Positions 38,852 to 48,701 of a stretch of 64,000 nucleotides of DNA are shown here, in pieces. The notes beneath the pieces are model-generated. The model ran no database searches. It saw nothing but the letters and a program-made list of their open reading frames with translations, and had not been told where the DNA came from. Source of the DNA: Candidatus Latescibacterota bacterium (GTDB lineage Bacteria > Latescibacterota > UBA2968 > UBA8231); assembly GCA_964291625.2 (NCBI GenBank), contig OZ220089.1:1408001-1472000 (forward strand), in the 5' to 3' direction. The translations under genes and the position numbers were made by a program. Each line of letters begins with the position of its first letter. Within the stretch, counting starts at the first letter, position 1.

Positions 38852-39322
38852 TCAGACCGCGGCCCCGGCATCCCTCACGATGGCATCCCTGTTGGCCTCG
38901 ATCAGCTCCCGCTGCTCCGGCCACAGGGCTCCCGGAAGTGCATCGATTGGAAACCAGCCCATCTCTCGGTGATTGTCGGTCTCGGTAGGCGTTGCATCGA
39001 CCTGGTCGGTCCAGAACAGGTAGAAGTGCATGACATTCCACCAGCGCTTGTCCAGAGTCAACCGCTCCAGCACGTCGAGCTTTCTGATCAGCGTGATTTC
39101 CGACAACCCGGTCTCCTCTTCGATCTCCCGCCTGGCAGCCTCGAGCAGACTCTCGCCGGGCTCGACTCCACCTTTCGGCAGGACAAACCCCTGCGTGTCG
39201 CCTTCACGCGTAAAGGCGACGAAGGTCCCATCACCCGATACACGGACGACGACTCCGCCGCTTGCTACGCGCTCAGGTGTTCCCTCTGGGCGCTGATACC
39301 AGGATTCATCGATGCGCGGCAT
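38852..39322 (-). CDS. NUDIX hydrolase
   Basis: PKGGVEPGESLLEAARREIEEETG. Confidence 0.9.
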   Translation of the reverse strand: MPRIDESWYQRPEGTPERVASGGVVVRVSGDGTFVAFTREGDTQGFVLPKGGVEPGESLLEAARREIEEETGLSEITLIRKLDVLERLTLDKRWWNVMHFYLFWTDQVDATPTETDNHREMGWFPIDALPGALWPEQRELIEANRDAIVRDAGAAV

Positions 39323-39337
39323 GTTGCCACCCTTCGC

Positions 39338-40291
39338 TCACGACTCCATGTACTCCTTCAGGCGTTGCCACTGCCCATCAATCCATGGATGCTCTGGTGT
39401 CTGGGCCGCAGCCCAGAGAGTGAGCGATGCCGCTCGCCCTGCCATGGCCGCGGGCAATGCCCCTACCTCCGCCTGCGAGAGTTCCCGTACTTGCCCGTAG
39501 CTTTCCAGCAGGGCGGCGCGATTCTCTTTGAAGCCGGGTTTCCCCCAGGCGCCGGCAAGAACCACTGCCAGATCGAAGACATATTGGCCGTAACCGAAGT
39601 CATCGAAATCGATCAGGTTTGGCCGTTCGCCGTCAAACAGGACGTTGCCGAAACTCGGATCGCCGTGGATCAGACCATAGCGAGAGCATTCCGTACCAAT
39701 AGCGGCCTCGGCCTGTTCAAGTGCCCGTTGCGCATCCTCGAGATCCGCGCGAAGGGGACTGTCGATGCTCTCCCAGCCTCGCGTGACCATCGATCCTGAA
39801 GCACCCAGAGTGCCGTAGATGCCCTCACTGTCGCAGCGAGGACGTACGAACCCTTCGGGAGGCCTCCATTGGGCGGAGAACTCGTGGAGTCCTGCCAACG
39901 CGGCCCCCAACCCGGCATAGTGCCCTGGCGTCCTGTCATGCTGCAATGTCTCGCCCGGGAGCCATGAGCAGACGGAGACCCCGATTGCCTCTACAGTTGG
40001 GCTCGCTGACGCCTCCCAGAGAATCCCGCCACTGCGTCTGCGCAAGGGCCGCGGCGCCGGAAAGCCATCCTCGGTGAGAGCTTCGAGGAACAGGAGTTCG
40101 GACTCGATGGCTGATCTGTCGTGCCGGCCGGGACTGTACACACGAAGATACCACTGTCGACGGTCCTGTTGAACGCGGAAGGAGGTGTTCACCAGGTGTT
40201 GCAGCAGCAGGAGCGAGCCTCCCACCAGGTCGAAGTCTGCAAGACTGGCCTCGGCAACCTCCTGCACTGCTGTTGGAGATCGACTATCCAC
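39338..40291 (-). CDS. APH/homoserine kinase type II-like phosphotransferase
   Basis: IHGDPSFGNVL, IDFDD. Confidence 0.88.
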   Translation of the reverse strand: MDSRSPTAVQEVAEASLADFDLVGGSLLLLQHLVNTSFRVQQDRRQWYLRVYSPGRHDRSAIESELLFLEALTEDGFPAPRPLRRRSGGILWEASASPTVEAIGVSVCSWLPGETLQHDRTPGHYAGLGAALAGLHEFSAQWRPPEGFVRPRCDSEGIYGTLGASGSMVTRGWESIDSPLRADLEDAQRALEQAEAAIGTECSRYGLIHGDPSFGNVLFDGERPNLIDFDDFGYGQYVFDLAVVLAGAWGKPGFKENRAALLESYGQVRELSQAEVGALPAAMAGRAASLTLWAAAQTPEHPWIDGQWQRLKEYMES

Positions 40292-40337
40292 GCTACGAGC
40301 TTGGCGAAGGGCGCAGAGAGGCCCGGTCCAGCCTGCC

Positions 40338-40637
40338 TCAGGGGGTACGGATCAGGGTCGACGCTGGGAGAATGCCATCGGTGAGCCTGTTCCGCTCTTG
40401 AGCCAGCTTGCGGAAGTCGCACTCCACCTGGATGCCCTGCCAGAACTCATCCGATTGACCGAAGAAGGCGCCAAAACGAATGGACAGGGCTGGTGTGATC
40501 GAGCGCCTCGCGTGAACGATTTCGTTGATCGTGCGAGGAGCCACGCCGATGGCACGGGCCATGGCGTTCTGCGAGATCCCCATGGGTTCGAGGTACTCCT
40601 TCAGGAGAATCTCACCAGGCGTAATCGGGTTTTCCAT
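40338..40637 (-). CDS. higA: HigA family antitoxin
   Basis: [17 protein letters not shown]...INEIV...FW. Confidence 0.92.
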   Translation of the reverse strand: MENPITPGEILLKEYLEPMGISQNAMARAIGVAPRTINEIVHARRSITPALSIRFGAFFGQSDEFWQGIQVECDFRKLAQERNRLTDGILPASTLIRTP

Positions 40638-40675
40638 TTCAGGGTTTTCCCCATGGCGTCATGACATGCTGGTGC

Positions 40676-40954
40676 CTAATGATAGTCCACAATCCCCACT
40701 TGGTCAGGTCCCTCATCGGTCCACCGAAAGACGATCCGCCACTGGTCGTTGATCCGAATGGAGTGAAACCCCGACAGGTTGCCCCTGAGTACTTCCAGAC
40801 GGTTGCCCGGCGGTACGGAGAGATCGCTGAGCCTGCGAGCCTGATTGATCTGGATGAGTTTTCGCAACGCCACCCGCGATATGGCCGCCAAGCGGCGGTT
40901 GCTTCCTCTGCGGAACAGTTCCTCTGTGTCCCGGTTTGCGAAGGATTGGATCAA
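40676..40954 (-). CDS. higB: HigB (RelE-like) toxin
   Basis: PPGNRLE.L.G...SIRINDQWRIVF.W...IVDYH. Confidence 0.92.
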   Translation of the reverse strand: MIQSFANRDTEELFRRGSNRRLAAISRVALRKLIQINQARRLSDLSVPPGNRLEVLRGNLSGFHSIRINDQWRIVFRWTDEGPDQVGIVDYH

Positions 40955-41144
40955 TCTGGGTGCGTCCTATGCATCACTGCTTCCTGCCGGGGTGGGAGCC
41001 GAACCTATCCATAGGGCTGAACAACTGCAACAGACTTCCCCCCCGCATCCGATATCTTGACCACCCCGGGACAGCTTCCTCTACTTTCCCTGAAGGCATG
41101 ACAGGCACTGCGCCGCCTACCTCCCAGCCGCAAGAGGCCCCCCC

Positions 41145-42032
41145 ATGACCCAGACCACCCTGCCGCCCCCCCTGCGGATCACCGAGAACCAGCGCGACTC
41201 CTACCTCGATAACGGATACCTGCTGGTCAAGTCCTACATCCCGCCTGACGAGGTGGAGCGGCTCCGGGCGGCCACCGACGAGATGGTGGAGCGCAGCCGC
41301 GCCGTCACCGTCTCGGACGAGATCTTCGACCTGGAGCCGGGGCACACGGCCGAGGCCCCGCGCCTGCGGCGGGTGTCGAGCCCGGTGGACCACCATCCCC
41401 TGTTCTGGGAGTTCGCCTCCCGGGGGGCGATCGTCGACCTGGCGGCCGACCTGGTGGGCCCCGACGTCCGCTACCACCACTCCAAGCTCAACTTCAAGTG
41501 GCCGGAGGGGGGCGAGGAGGTGAAGTGGCACCAGGACATCACCTTCTGGCCCCACACCAACTACAGCCCCCTGACGATCGGCGTCTACCTCACCGACGTG
41601 GGGCCCGACCAGGGGCCGCTGGCCGTGGTCGAGGGCAGCCACGAGGGCGAGCTGTTCGACCAGTACGACGGGGACGACAACTGGGTCGGCTGTCTCAGCG
41701 ACGAGGACGCGGCGCGGATCCCGGCCGACAAGGTGCGCTACCTCGAAGGGCCGGCGGGGTCGGTGACGGTGCACAACTGCCGCGCCATCCACGGCTCGAA
41801 GAAGAACCTCTCCGCCCGCGGGCGGCCCCTGCTGCTGAACGCCTTCTCCGCGGCCGACGCCTTCCCCTACACCTCGCCGGGCATCACCAGCCCCCACCTG
41901 GGCGACATCGTCCGCGGCCGGCCGGCCCGCTGGGCGCGCCACGATCCGCGGCCGTGCCTGGTGCCGCCGGACTGGTCGGGGGGCTACACCTCGATCTACG
42001 CCCTGCAGCAGGAGGAAGAAGAGGAGGGCTGA
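41145..42032 (+). CDS. PhyH family dioxygenase
   Basis: KLNFK, WHQD, GSH, IHGS..N motifs. Confidence 0.9.
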   Translation: MTQTTLPPPLRITENQRDSYLDNGYLLVKSYIPPDEVERLRAATDEMVERSRAVTVSDEIFDLEPGHTAEAPRLRRVSSPVDHHPLFWEFASRGAIVDLAADLVGPDVRYHHSKLNFKWPEGGEEVKWHQDITFWPHTNYSPLTIGVYLTDVGPDQGPLAVVEGSHEGELFDQYDGDDNWVGCLSDEDAARIPADKVRYLEGPAGSVTVHNCRAIHGSKKNLSARGRPLLLNAFSAADAFPYTSPGITSPHLGDIVRGRPARWARHDPRPCLVPPDWSGGYTSIYALQQEEEEEG

Positions 42033-42035
42033 CCT

Positions 42036-42908
42036 TCAGGGGAGGGCGCGGGCCAGCTTCTCCACCAGCGCCCGCAGTTGTTCCTCCCCCTGCGTCTCGG
42101 GGTCACCCCCGCCGCCGGCGGCGTCGTGGACGTACCGGTAGACGTCGGCGGCGCCGGCGAACATCTCCGGCGTCAGTCCCATGCCGCCGAAGGTGGCGGC
42201 GATCTCCTCCATCTCGCCGATCCAGCGCCCCGCCTTCGAGGGGACCCCCGGCAGGGACCGCCGGGTGTCGCCCAGGACCGCCTCCTGGCTGAGCTGCAGC
42301 TCCTCCACGAGGGCGTCGTAGAGGCCGAGCTTCGCCGCCGTCACCAGGGATTCGAGGTAGATGGCGTAGCGGCCCTTGGTCTGGGCAGCGTAGCACATCT
42401 TGAAGGCCGAGGCCTGGCCGATCTCCGGTCCCAGCAGGCGCACGTCCAGACCGTAGTCGCCGAGGACGGCGAAGCGGCCGGCGTGCTCCCCCGAGGCGTA
42501 GAAGCGGGTGATACCGGGACGCCTGGGAGGGCCGCCGATGATGCCGGCGTCCACCGGAAGCCCCCCGGCGGCGGCGATGACGTCGGCCACCTCGCGGCCC
42601 GTTGCCGGCGCCACGGCGTTGCAGTCGACGTACACGAGATCCGCGCCGGTGGCCTCGAGGGCGGCGGCCACGCGCCGGGCGGCGCTCACGGCCTCGGAGG
42701 GCACCAGGATCGACAGCAGCAGGTCGGCCCGCTCCACGAGAGCGGCGTCGTCGGCCACCGCCTCGATCCCGGCCTCCCGGGCCCGGGCGGCGGTGGCGGG
42801 GCTGCGGCCCTCCAGGCAGGTGATCACCTCGGCCCCGTGCCGGCGCAGCACGCCGCCGACGACGGCGCCCATGGAACCCGGGCTCAGCAGGGCGACGGTG
42901 GGCGCCAT
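42036..42908 (-). CDS. NAD(P)-dependent oxidoreductase (6PGD-like, DUF1932)
   Basis: SPGSMG, DCNAVAP, GIIGGPP, KMCYA, RWIGEMEEIA. Confidence 0.88.
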   Translation of the reverse strand: MAPTVALLSPGSMGAVVGGVLRRHGAEVITCLEGRSPATAARAREAGIEAVADDAALVERADLLLSILVPSEAVSAARRVAAALEATGADLVYVDCNAVAPATGREVADVIAAAGGLPVDAGIIGGPPRRPGITRFYASGEHAGRFAVLGDYGLDVRLLGPEIGQASAFKMCYAAQTKGRYAIYLESLVTAAKLGLYDALVEELQLSQEAVLGDTRRSLPGVPSKAGRWIGEMEEIAATFGGMGLTPEMFAGAADVYRYVHDAAGGGGDPETQGEEQLRALVEKLARALP

Positions 42909-43849
42909 CAGTACCCCTTCTCCTTGTCGATGAGGCCCACCAGGGGCTCGCCCGCCAGGTAGCGGCGCAGGTTGTCGCACAGGTGGTCGACGGCGCGGCC
43001 GTCGCGGGCCGGCGAGGCGCCGGCGGTGTGGGGCGTGAGGACGACGTTGTCCATCGTCCACAGGGGATGGTCGTCGGCCAGGGGCTCCACCGGGGTGACG
43101 TCGAGGCAGGCGCCGGCGATCCGCCCCTCGCGCAGGGCCTCGAGGAGGGCCTCCTCGTCGACGATGCGGCCCCGGGTGACGTTGACGAGCAGGGCGTCGC
43201 TGCGCATACGGGCGAAGGCCTCGCGGTCGAACATTCCCTCCGTCTCCGGCGTCAGGGGCGCGCACACGGCCACCACTCGCGAGCGCTCCAGCAGGTCGTG
43301 GAAGCGGTCCATGGAGCCGCACTCGGAGACGCACTCCGGGACCTCCACCGGCTCGGGGTCGACGGCGATCACCTCCATGCCGAAGGCGGCGGCGCGCACG
43401 GCCAGCTCGCGGCCGGTGCCGCCCAGGCCGACGATGCCCATGCGCTCGCCGTAGAGCTCGATCGAGGAGTCGCGGATCGGCCACTTGTCCTCCCAGGTGC
43501 GGGTGCGCGCGGCGCGGGCGACGCGCCGGCTCAGGGCCAGGAGCAGGGCCATGGCGTGCTCGGCGAGGTGGATGCCGACGAAGCCCTTGGCGCTGGTGAG
43601 GATCACGTCGCTGACGCGCAGCTCCGGCGTCAGCACGCCGTCGACGCCGGCGGCCGGCGCCTGGATCCAGCGCAGCGACCCGGCGCGGCGGAACTCCTCG
43701 CGGGAGAGGCCGCCGAAGACGACCTCCACCGAGGGCACGGCCTCGGCCCGGGCGTCGTCCGTCTGCGGTTGCAGGACCTCCACCCCGTCGACGGCGCGGA
43801 TGCGCTCCACGAGATCGGCTTCGAGATCGCCGGGGACGAGCAGCTTCAT
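42908..43849 (-). CDS. D-2-hydroxyacid dehydrogenase
   Basis: GIVGLGGTG, NVTRG, LDVTPVEPL, TPHTAG. Confidence 0.92.
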   Translation of the reverse strand: MKLLVPGDLEADLVERIRAVDGVEVLQPQTDDARAEAVPSVEVVFGGLSREEFRRAGSLRWIQAPAAGVDGVLTPELRVSDVILTSAKGFVGIHLAEHAMALLLALSRRVARAARTRTWEDKWPIRDSSIELYGERMGIVGLGGTGRELAVRAAAFGMEVIAVDPEPVEVPECVSECGSMDRFHDLLERSRVVAVCAPLTPETEGMFDREAFARMRSDALLVNVTRGRIVDEEALLEALREGRIAGACLDVTPVEPLADDHPLWTMDNVVLTPHTAGASPARDGRAVDHLCDNLRRYLAGEPLVGLIDKEKGY

Positions 43850-43973
43850 GGGGTTCCTCCTCTCGGACGGTTGGATCAGCGGCGTCAATCTATGCCGCCC
43901 GGAAGCCGGCGGCCCGTCCCCTTTGACGCGCCGGAGCGCCGGGCCTAGTCTGCGCCGCCGACAGGAGGTGAGC

Positions 43974-44834
43974 ATGGCGGAGCGAATCAACAAGGCGATC
44001 GAGCTGCTGGAGCAGGACCAGCCCGTGTACTACGCCAGCACCCACGAGGTCGACTACGAGACCGGCCGGGAGATGGCCGGCACCTGGGCCGACTACATCA
44101 ACGTCAGCATGGAGCACGGCGCCTTCGACATGCCCGGGCTGGCCGCCTTCATGCGCGGACTCGCCGACGCCGGCCCCACGGCCAGCGGCCACCGCACGCC
44201 GGCGGTGATCGTCGACCTGCCCCCGGAGGGCACGAGCGCCGCCGACATCCGCGCCAACGCCTGGGTCTTCAAGCAGGCCCTGGCCCGCGGCGTCCACGGC
44301 ATCCTGCTGTGCCACGCCGAGGACCCGGAGGCGGTGCGCGCCCTCGTGCAGATCTGCCGCTACGCCTTCCGCGGCGAGACGGGTGGCGCCCCCGAGGGCC
44401 GGCGCGGCGCCGGCGGCCAGGGGATGGCGGCCCACGCCTGGGGCGTCGACGTCGACGAGTACGCCCGCCGCGCCGACCCGTGGCCCCTGAACCCCGAGGG
44501 GGAGCTGATGATCGGGCTGAAGATCGAGAACCGCCGCGCCCTCGAGCGCGTCGACGAAACCCTCGCCGTGCCCGGCGTCGCCTTCGCCGAGTGGGGTCCC
44601 GGGGACATGCACATGTCCTTCGGCCACATGGCGGCGGACCGCAGCTACTCGGCGGAGATCCTGGAGGCGCGCCAGCGGGTCTTCGACGCCTGCCGCCGTA
44701 ACGGCCTGCCCTTCCTCGACGGCACCGGCGACCTGGTGGAGCGCATCGACGCGGGCGTGCGCATCATCCCCGGCGCCGGCGAGGAGCAGGCCCGCCTCGG
44801 ACGGGCCCACACCGGGCGGACGATGCCGGTCTAG
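43974..44834 (+). CDS. HpcH/HpaI aldolase family protein
   Basis: MEHG, GLKIE, EWGPGDM; AGGAGG RBS. Confidence 0.85.
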   Translation: MAERINKAIELLEQDQPVYYASTHEVDYETGREMAGTWADYINVSMEHGAFDMPGLAAFMRGLADAGPTASGHRTPAVIVDLPPEGTSAADIRANAWVFKQALARGVHGILLCHAEDPEAVRALVQICRYAFRGETGGAPEGRRGAGGQGMAAHAWGVDVDEYARRADPWPLNPEGELMIGLKIENRRALERVDETLAVPGVAFAEWGPGDMHMSFGHMAADRSYSAEILEARQRVFDACRRNGLPFLDGTGDLVERIDAGVRIIPGAGEEQARLGRAHTGRTMPV

Positions 44835-45805
44835 ATCTCGACTCCGATCTGCTGCGCGATGCGCAGGGCCAGATCGCGGAAGTCGCGGTGGCAGTCCTGG
44901 ACGGAGGCCGTGTGGCCGCCGATGGCTCCGTCAGCCGGCTTGAGGTGGAACATCGGTTTCCGGGCCTCCATGGCCAGAGGCATCAGGCTGCGGTAGTGCT
45001 TGAGCAGGGCCAGGCAACAGGGATCCTCTTCAACGGCGAAGTCGACGGGCCCCTCCTGAAGCACGGACTCCCGGTAGGCCGAGGGGATACGCGCCGTCCA
45101 CCGGGCGTACGCCTTGACCGGTCTGTCCAGCCGCACGGCATGCTGGGTCACGACGTAGCCGACAGGCTTCATGAGTCCCTGTGGCAGATCGAGCCCCTCC
45201 GGGCTCTTCTCGAGTCTTGCCTCCCACTCTTTGCCCCACTCCCTCAACCGGGGTCCGAGGTTCTGCAGACCAATGATCGAGTAGAGATCAGGCACGAGCG
45301 GGATCACCACGTGGTCTGCGCCGATCAGGGCCGACCGGTTGATGGAGCCCAGGTTCGGCCCCACGTCGATCAGGACCAGATCCGCCTCCCGGGCTGTGCT
45401 CGCGCGGGACAGGACTTCGTGGAACGCGGCGACCACCCGGAACGCCCGCCTTCGACCGTCCAGGCAGTGCGGCCACTGCTGGCTCAGCTCGTCCTCGAGA
45501 CCCGAGAGCGACAGGTCGCCCACCAACAGACCCAGATCCCCGACGGGCTCCACGTGGGGATCCTCGATCCCCCCCTCGCCCTCGAGCAAGGGACGCACCG
45601 GCCCAAGCAGCGTCCGCCCCCTCCCCAGCAGCCACAACTCCTCCAGGCGGTCCTCCTCCAGGAACATGGCGCTCAGGTTCGCCTGTGGATCAAGATCGAC
45701 GGCCAGGACCTTGACTCCGAGGTCGGCATAGACCCAGGCGAGGTGGTAGACCAGGGTTGTCTTGCCGACCCCGCCCTTGTTGTTGAAGAACGCTACCGTT
45801 TTCAC
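44831..45805 (-). CDS. ParA-family (AAA_31) ATPase
   Basis: FNNKGGVGKTT, DLDPQANL, IDVGPNLG. Confidence 0.9.
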   Translation of the reverse strand: MKTVAFFNNKGGVGKTTLVYHLAWVYADLGVKVLAVDLDPQANLSAMFLEEDRLEELWLLGRGRTLLGPVRPLLEGEGGIEDPHVEPVGDLGLLVGDLSLSGLEDELSQQWPHCLDGRRRAFRVVAAFHEVLSRASTAREADLVLIDVGPNLGSINRSALIGADHVVIPLVPDLYSIIGLQNLGPRLREWGKEWEARLEKSPEGLDLPQGLMKPVGYVVTQHAVRLDRPVKAYARWTARIPSAYRESVLQEGPVDFAVEEDPCCLALLKHYRSLMPLAMEARKPMFHLKPADGAIGGHTASVQDCHRDFRDLALRIAQQIGVEI

Positions 45806-46995
45806 GGCGCCGGCCTCAGAGTCACAAGAACCGTCGAGGCGTGGAGATCGAACTCGGGCGGGGGATTCCCTCCCTTCTCCATGGCCTCACGCGCCAGCGG
45901 CACCCCCACGCCGAAACGCTGAGCATAGCCCATGTGGTGCATCAGCTCGGCTACCAGGGGATTGCGGTAGTCGGTGACTCCCTTCCCGAAGTTCTCCCCG
46001 GTCACCTGTCCGTACAGTCCTCCGGGATTCGAGATCTCCACGCGGTCATTGAACCAGTAGACCCGGACGGGAGCATTGGTCCCCTCGTAGGACCGGTGCA
46101 TGACGGCGTTGCGCGTCAACTGCTGCAGGGCCACGATCGGGTAGTCCGGGCGGCGAGCCTCCAGGGGACCTCCCTTGATCTCGGTGCGCACGGAGATGTT
46201 GAGCTGCAGCAACTCGTCGAGTTGCCTCAGAACCTCGTTCAGTCTTCCGGTCAGCTCCTTCTGATCGCGGATGGGATCGGTCGCTGCCGTGCCGTCGACG
46301 CGAAGGAACTGCACGTAGGCACCGGGCAGCCATCGCTGAGGCTCTCGTCCCAAGCCCAGCAAGGCACCTTGGGTCGGCCTCCCATCGGTCAGGCAACGGA
46401 GTCCCGCCAACTGTGCATCGAGCCCGCGCTGGTTCTGCTCGAGGACATCAAGGGCCACCGCTCGCGGGAGGTACTCCGTGCGCACGAAGTCGAGGTCCAG
46501 ATCGTCCAGGCTCGCGTCGGCCGCCGGCCGCATGTCGAAGGGGAGATCCGATGCGCGGCGGCGCTCCGTCAGCAGCCGCTCTTCCTCCGGCGTGGCCAGC
46601 TGTACCGTCGGCCCCACCCTTACGAACACCCGGCCCTGGTAGCGGACCGGCGGTTGGGTCGAGGGAGCCACGGTGACGGCCACCAGCTCACACCCCCTCA
46701 CCATCCGCTTCTCGACCACCATGCTGGGCTGCGGCAGGATGTTGCCGTCCGTTCGCATCTGCGCGAGGGTGCTCACCAAGCCTTCGGTGATCTCCAGATC
46801 CGCACACGTGCCGTCGTCGTTCACGCCGACGAAGAGCACCCCCGGCTCCGCCCGTCCCGGCAGGTCGTTGGCAAAGGCGCAGATCGTCCTTCGAATCCTG
46901 CTCCGATCGGCACCCGAGCGCTTGCGCCGCACCCGGTCCGACTCCAGGTCGGCCAGCAGCCTCTCCATTTCCTGGTCGCCCAGCGTCGCCGTCAA
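45802..46995 (-). CDS. Schlafen/AlbA_2 domain plus HATPase_c_4-like protein
   Basis: ICAFAN...GVNDDG; NAVMHRSY, RVEISNPGG, RNP; GGAG RBS before TTG. Confidence 0.85.
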   Translation of the reverse strand: MTATLGDQEMERLLADLESDRVRRKRSGADRSRIRRTICAFANDLPGRAEPGVLFVGVNDDGTCADLEITEGLVSTLAQMRTDGNILPQPSMVVEKRMVRGCELVAVTVAPSTQPPVRYQGRVFVRVGPTVQLATPEEERLLTERRRASDLPFDMRPAADASLDDLDLDFVRTEYLPRAVALDVLEQNQRGLDAQLAGLRCLTDGRPTQGALLGLGREPQRWLPGAYVQFLRVDGTAATDPIRDQKELTGRLNEVLRQLDELLQLNISVRTEIKGGPLEARRPDYPIVALQQLTRNAVMHRSYEGTNAPVRVYWFNDRVEISNPGGLYGQVTGENFGKGVTDYRNPLVAELMHHMGYAQRFGVGVPLAREAMEKGGNPPPEFDLHASTVLVTLRPAP

Positions 46996-47075
46996 AGGGT
47001 CATCTCCGGGTGAGGTCGCTACAGAACGTGCAGGGACCGCGCGAACTCCCGCAATCGCCTACGACGGCAGGTTTG

Positions 47076-48701
47076 TCAGTCCCCCTCGTCCCGCCCCACG
47101 GCGCGGGCCTCGAAGGCGGCGGCCATCAGCGCCCTCGTGTAGTCGCTGGCCGGCGCCTCGAACAGCCGCTGCGCGGGACCCGCCTCCACCACCCTCCCCT
47201 CCTTCATGACGATCAGCTCCTCGGCCAGGGCCCGCACCACCCGCAGGTCGTGGCTGATGAGCAGGTAGCCGAGGCCGCGCTCCTCCTGCAGGCGGCGGAG
47301 CAGCTCCAGGATCTGCAGCTGCACGGTGCGGTCGAGGGCGCTGGTGGGCTCGTCGAGGACGAGGAACCGCGGCTCCAGGACGACGGCCCGGGCGATGGCC
47401 AGCCGCTGCCGCTGGCCGCCGGAGAACTCGTGGGGGTAGCGGTCCATCCCCTCCGGGTCGAGGTCGACCTCGCCCAGGACCCGGGCCACCAGCTCCCGGC
47501 GCTCGGCGGCGGTGGCGCCGATGCCGTGGACGAGGAGTCCCTCCTCGACGATCTGGAACGCCGTCAGCCGCGGGCTCAGGGAGCTGAAGGGGTCCTGGAA
47601 GACGATCTGCATGCGCCGCCGCAGGGGCCGCAGTTCGGCGGACGGCATCGTCCGCAGGTCCCGCCCGTCGAAGCGCAGCTCCCCCTCGCAGGCCTGCAGC
47701 CTCAACAGGGCCAGCCCCAGGGTCGTCTTGCCGGAGCCGGACTCGCCGACGACGCCGACGCTGCGCCCCGGCCGCACCGAGAGGCTCACGTCCTCCACGG
47801 CGCGCACGTGGCCGGTGGTGCGGCGCAACAGGCCGGTGCGGATCGGGAAGTGGACGCGCACGCCGCTCGCCTCCACCAGAGGCGGGCCCTCCGCCTCTCC
47901 GGCGGCTTCCCGGGGCGGGGGCTCGCTGGCCAGCAGCCGCCGCGTGTAGGGGTGTCGCGGGTCCGCCATCAGGGGGCCGGTCTCGCCCTGCTCGACGATC
48001 CTCCCTTCGGTCATGACGAAGACGCGGTCCGCCAGGCGGCCGACGATCGTCAGGTCGTGGGTGATCAGCAGGATCGACATGCCCAGGCGCCGCTGCTGGC
48101 TCCGCAGCAGCTCCAGGATGCGGGCCTGCACGGTCACGTCGAGGGCGGTGGTCGGCTCGTCGGCGATGAGCAGGTCCGGCTCGTTGGCCAGGGCCATGGC
48201 GATCATGACCCGCTGCCGCTGCCCCCCCGACAGCTGGTGGGGCCAGGCCGTCAGAATGCGCTCCGGCTCGGGCAGGCGCACCTCGTCGAGCAGCTCCAGC
48301 ACCCGGCGGCGGGCCTCGCCGCGGTCCAGGCCCCGGTGCACGCGCAGGGTCTCGGCGACCTGCCGCTCCACCGTGTGCAGGGGGTTCAGCGAGGTCATCG
48401 GCTCCTGGAAGATCATGGAGACGCGGTCGCCGCGGACCTGGCGCAGCCGGTCGGCGGGGGCCCCGAGCAGCTCCTCGCCGCGCAGGCGGATCGAGCCGCC
48501 GGGGTGATGGGCCTTCGGATAGGGCAGCAGCCCGAGCACGGAGAGGGCGGTCACCGACTTGCCGCAGCCGGACTCGCCCACGAGGGCCACGGTCTCGCCC
48601 TCGTTGATGTCGAGGCTGGCCCCGCGCACGGCGTCGACGCCGGGCTGGCCGCCCTCGCCGCGGAAGGAGACGCGGAGATCGTCGACGGCGAGGAGGCTCA
48701 C
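47076..48701 (-). CDS. yejF: Peptide ABC transporter ATP-binding protein (dual ATPase)
   Basis: Two GESG.GK motifs, LSGGQRQR, DEPT. Confidence 0.85.
   Translation of the reverse strand: MSLLAVDDLRVSFRGEGGQPGVDAVRGASLDINEGETVALVGESGCGKSVTALSVLGLLPYPKAHHPGGSIRLRGEELLGAPADRLRQVRGDRVSMIFQEPMTSLNPLHTVERQVAETLRVHRGLDRGEARRRVLELLDEVRLPEPERILTAWPHQLSGGQRQRVMIAMALANEPDLLIADEPTTALDVTVQARILELLRSQQRRLGMSILLITHDLTIVGRLADRVFVMTEGRIVEQGETGPLMADPRHPYTRRLLASEPPPREAAGEAEGPPLVEASGVRVHFPIRTGLLRRTTGHVRAVEDVSLSVRPGRSVGVVGESGSGKTTLGLALLRLQACEGELRFDGRDLRTMPSAELRPLRRRMQIVFQDPFSSLSPRLTAFQIVEEGLLVHGIGATAAERRELVARVLGEVDLDPEGMDRYPHEFSGGQRQRLAIARAVVLEPRFLVLDEPTSALDRTVQLQILELLRRLQEERGLGYLLISHDLRVVRALAEELIVMKEGRVVEAGPAQRLFEAPASDYTRALMAAAFEARAVGRDEGD

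Noticed and set aside
40627-40654. Small GGAAAACCC duplication at the higA start
   Set aside because: Only 9 bp; could be chance
32662-40954. Integron
   Set aside because: No integrase, and the junctions overlap or are too short to hold attC sites
44831-45805. Plasmid or chromosome partition locus
   Set aside because: No parB, parS or rep nearby
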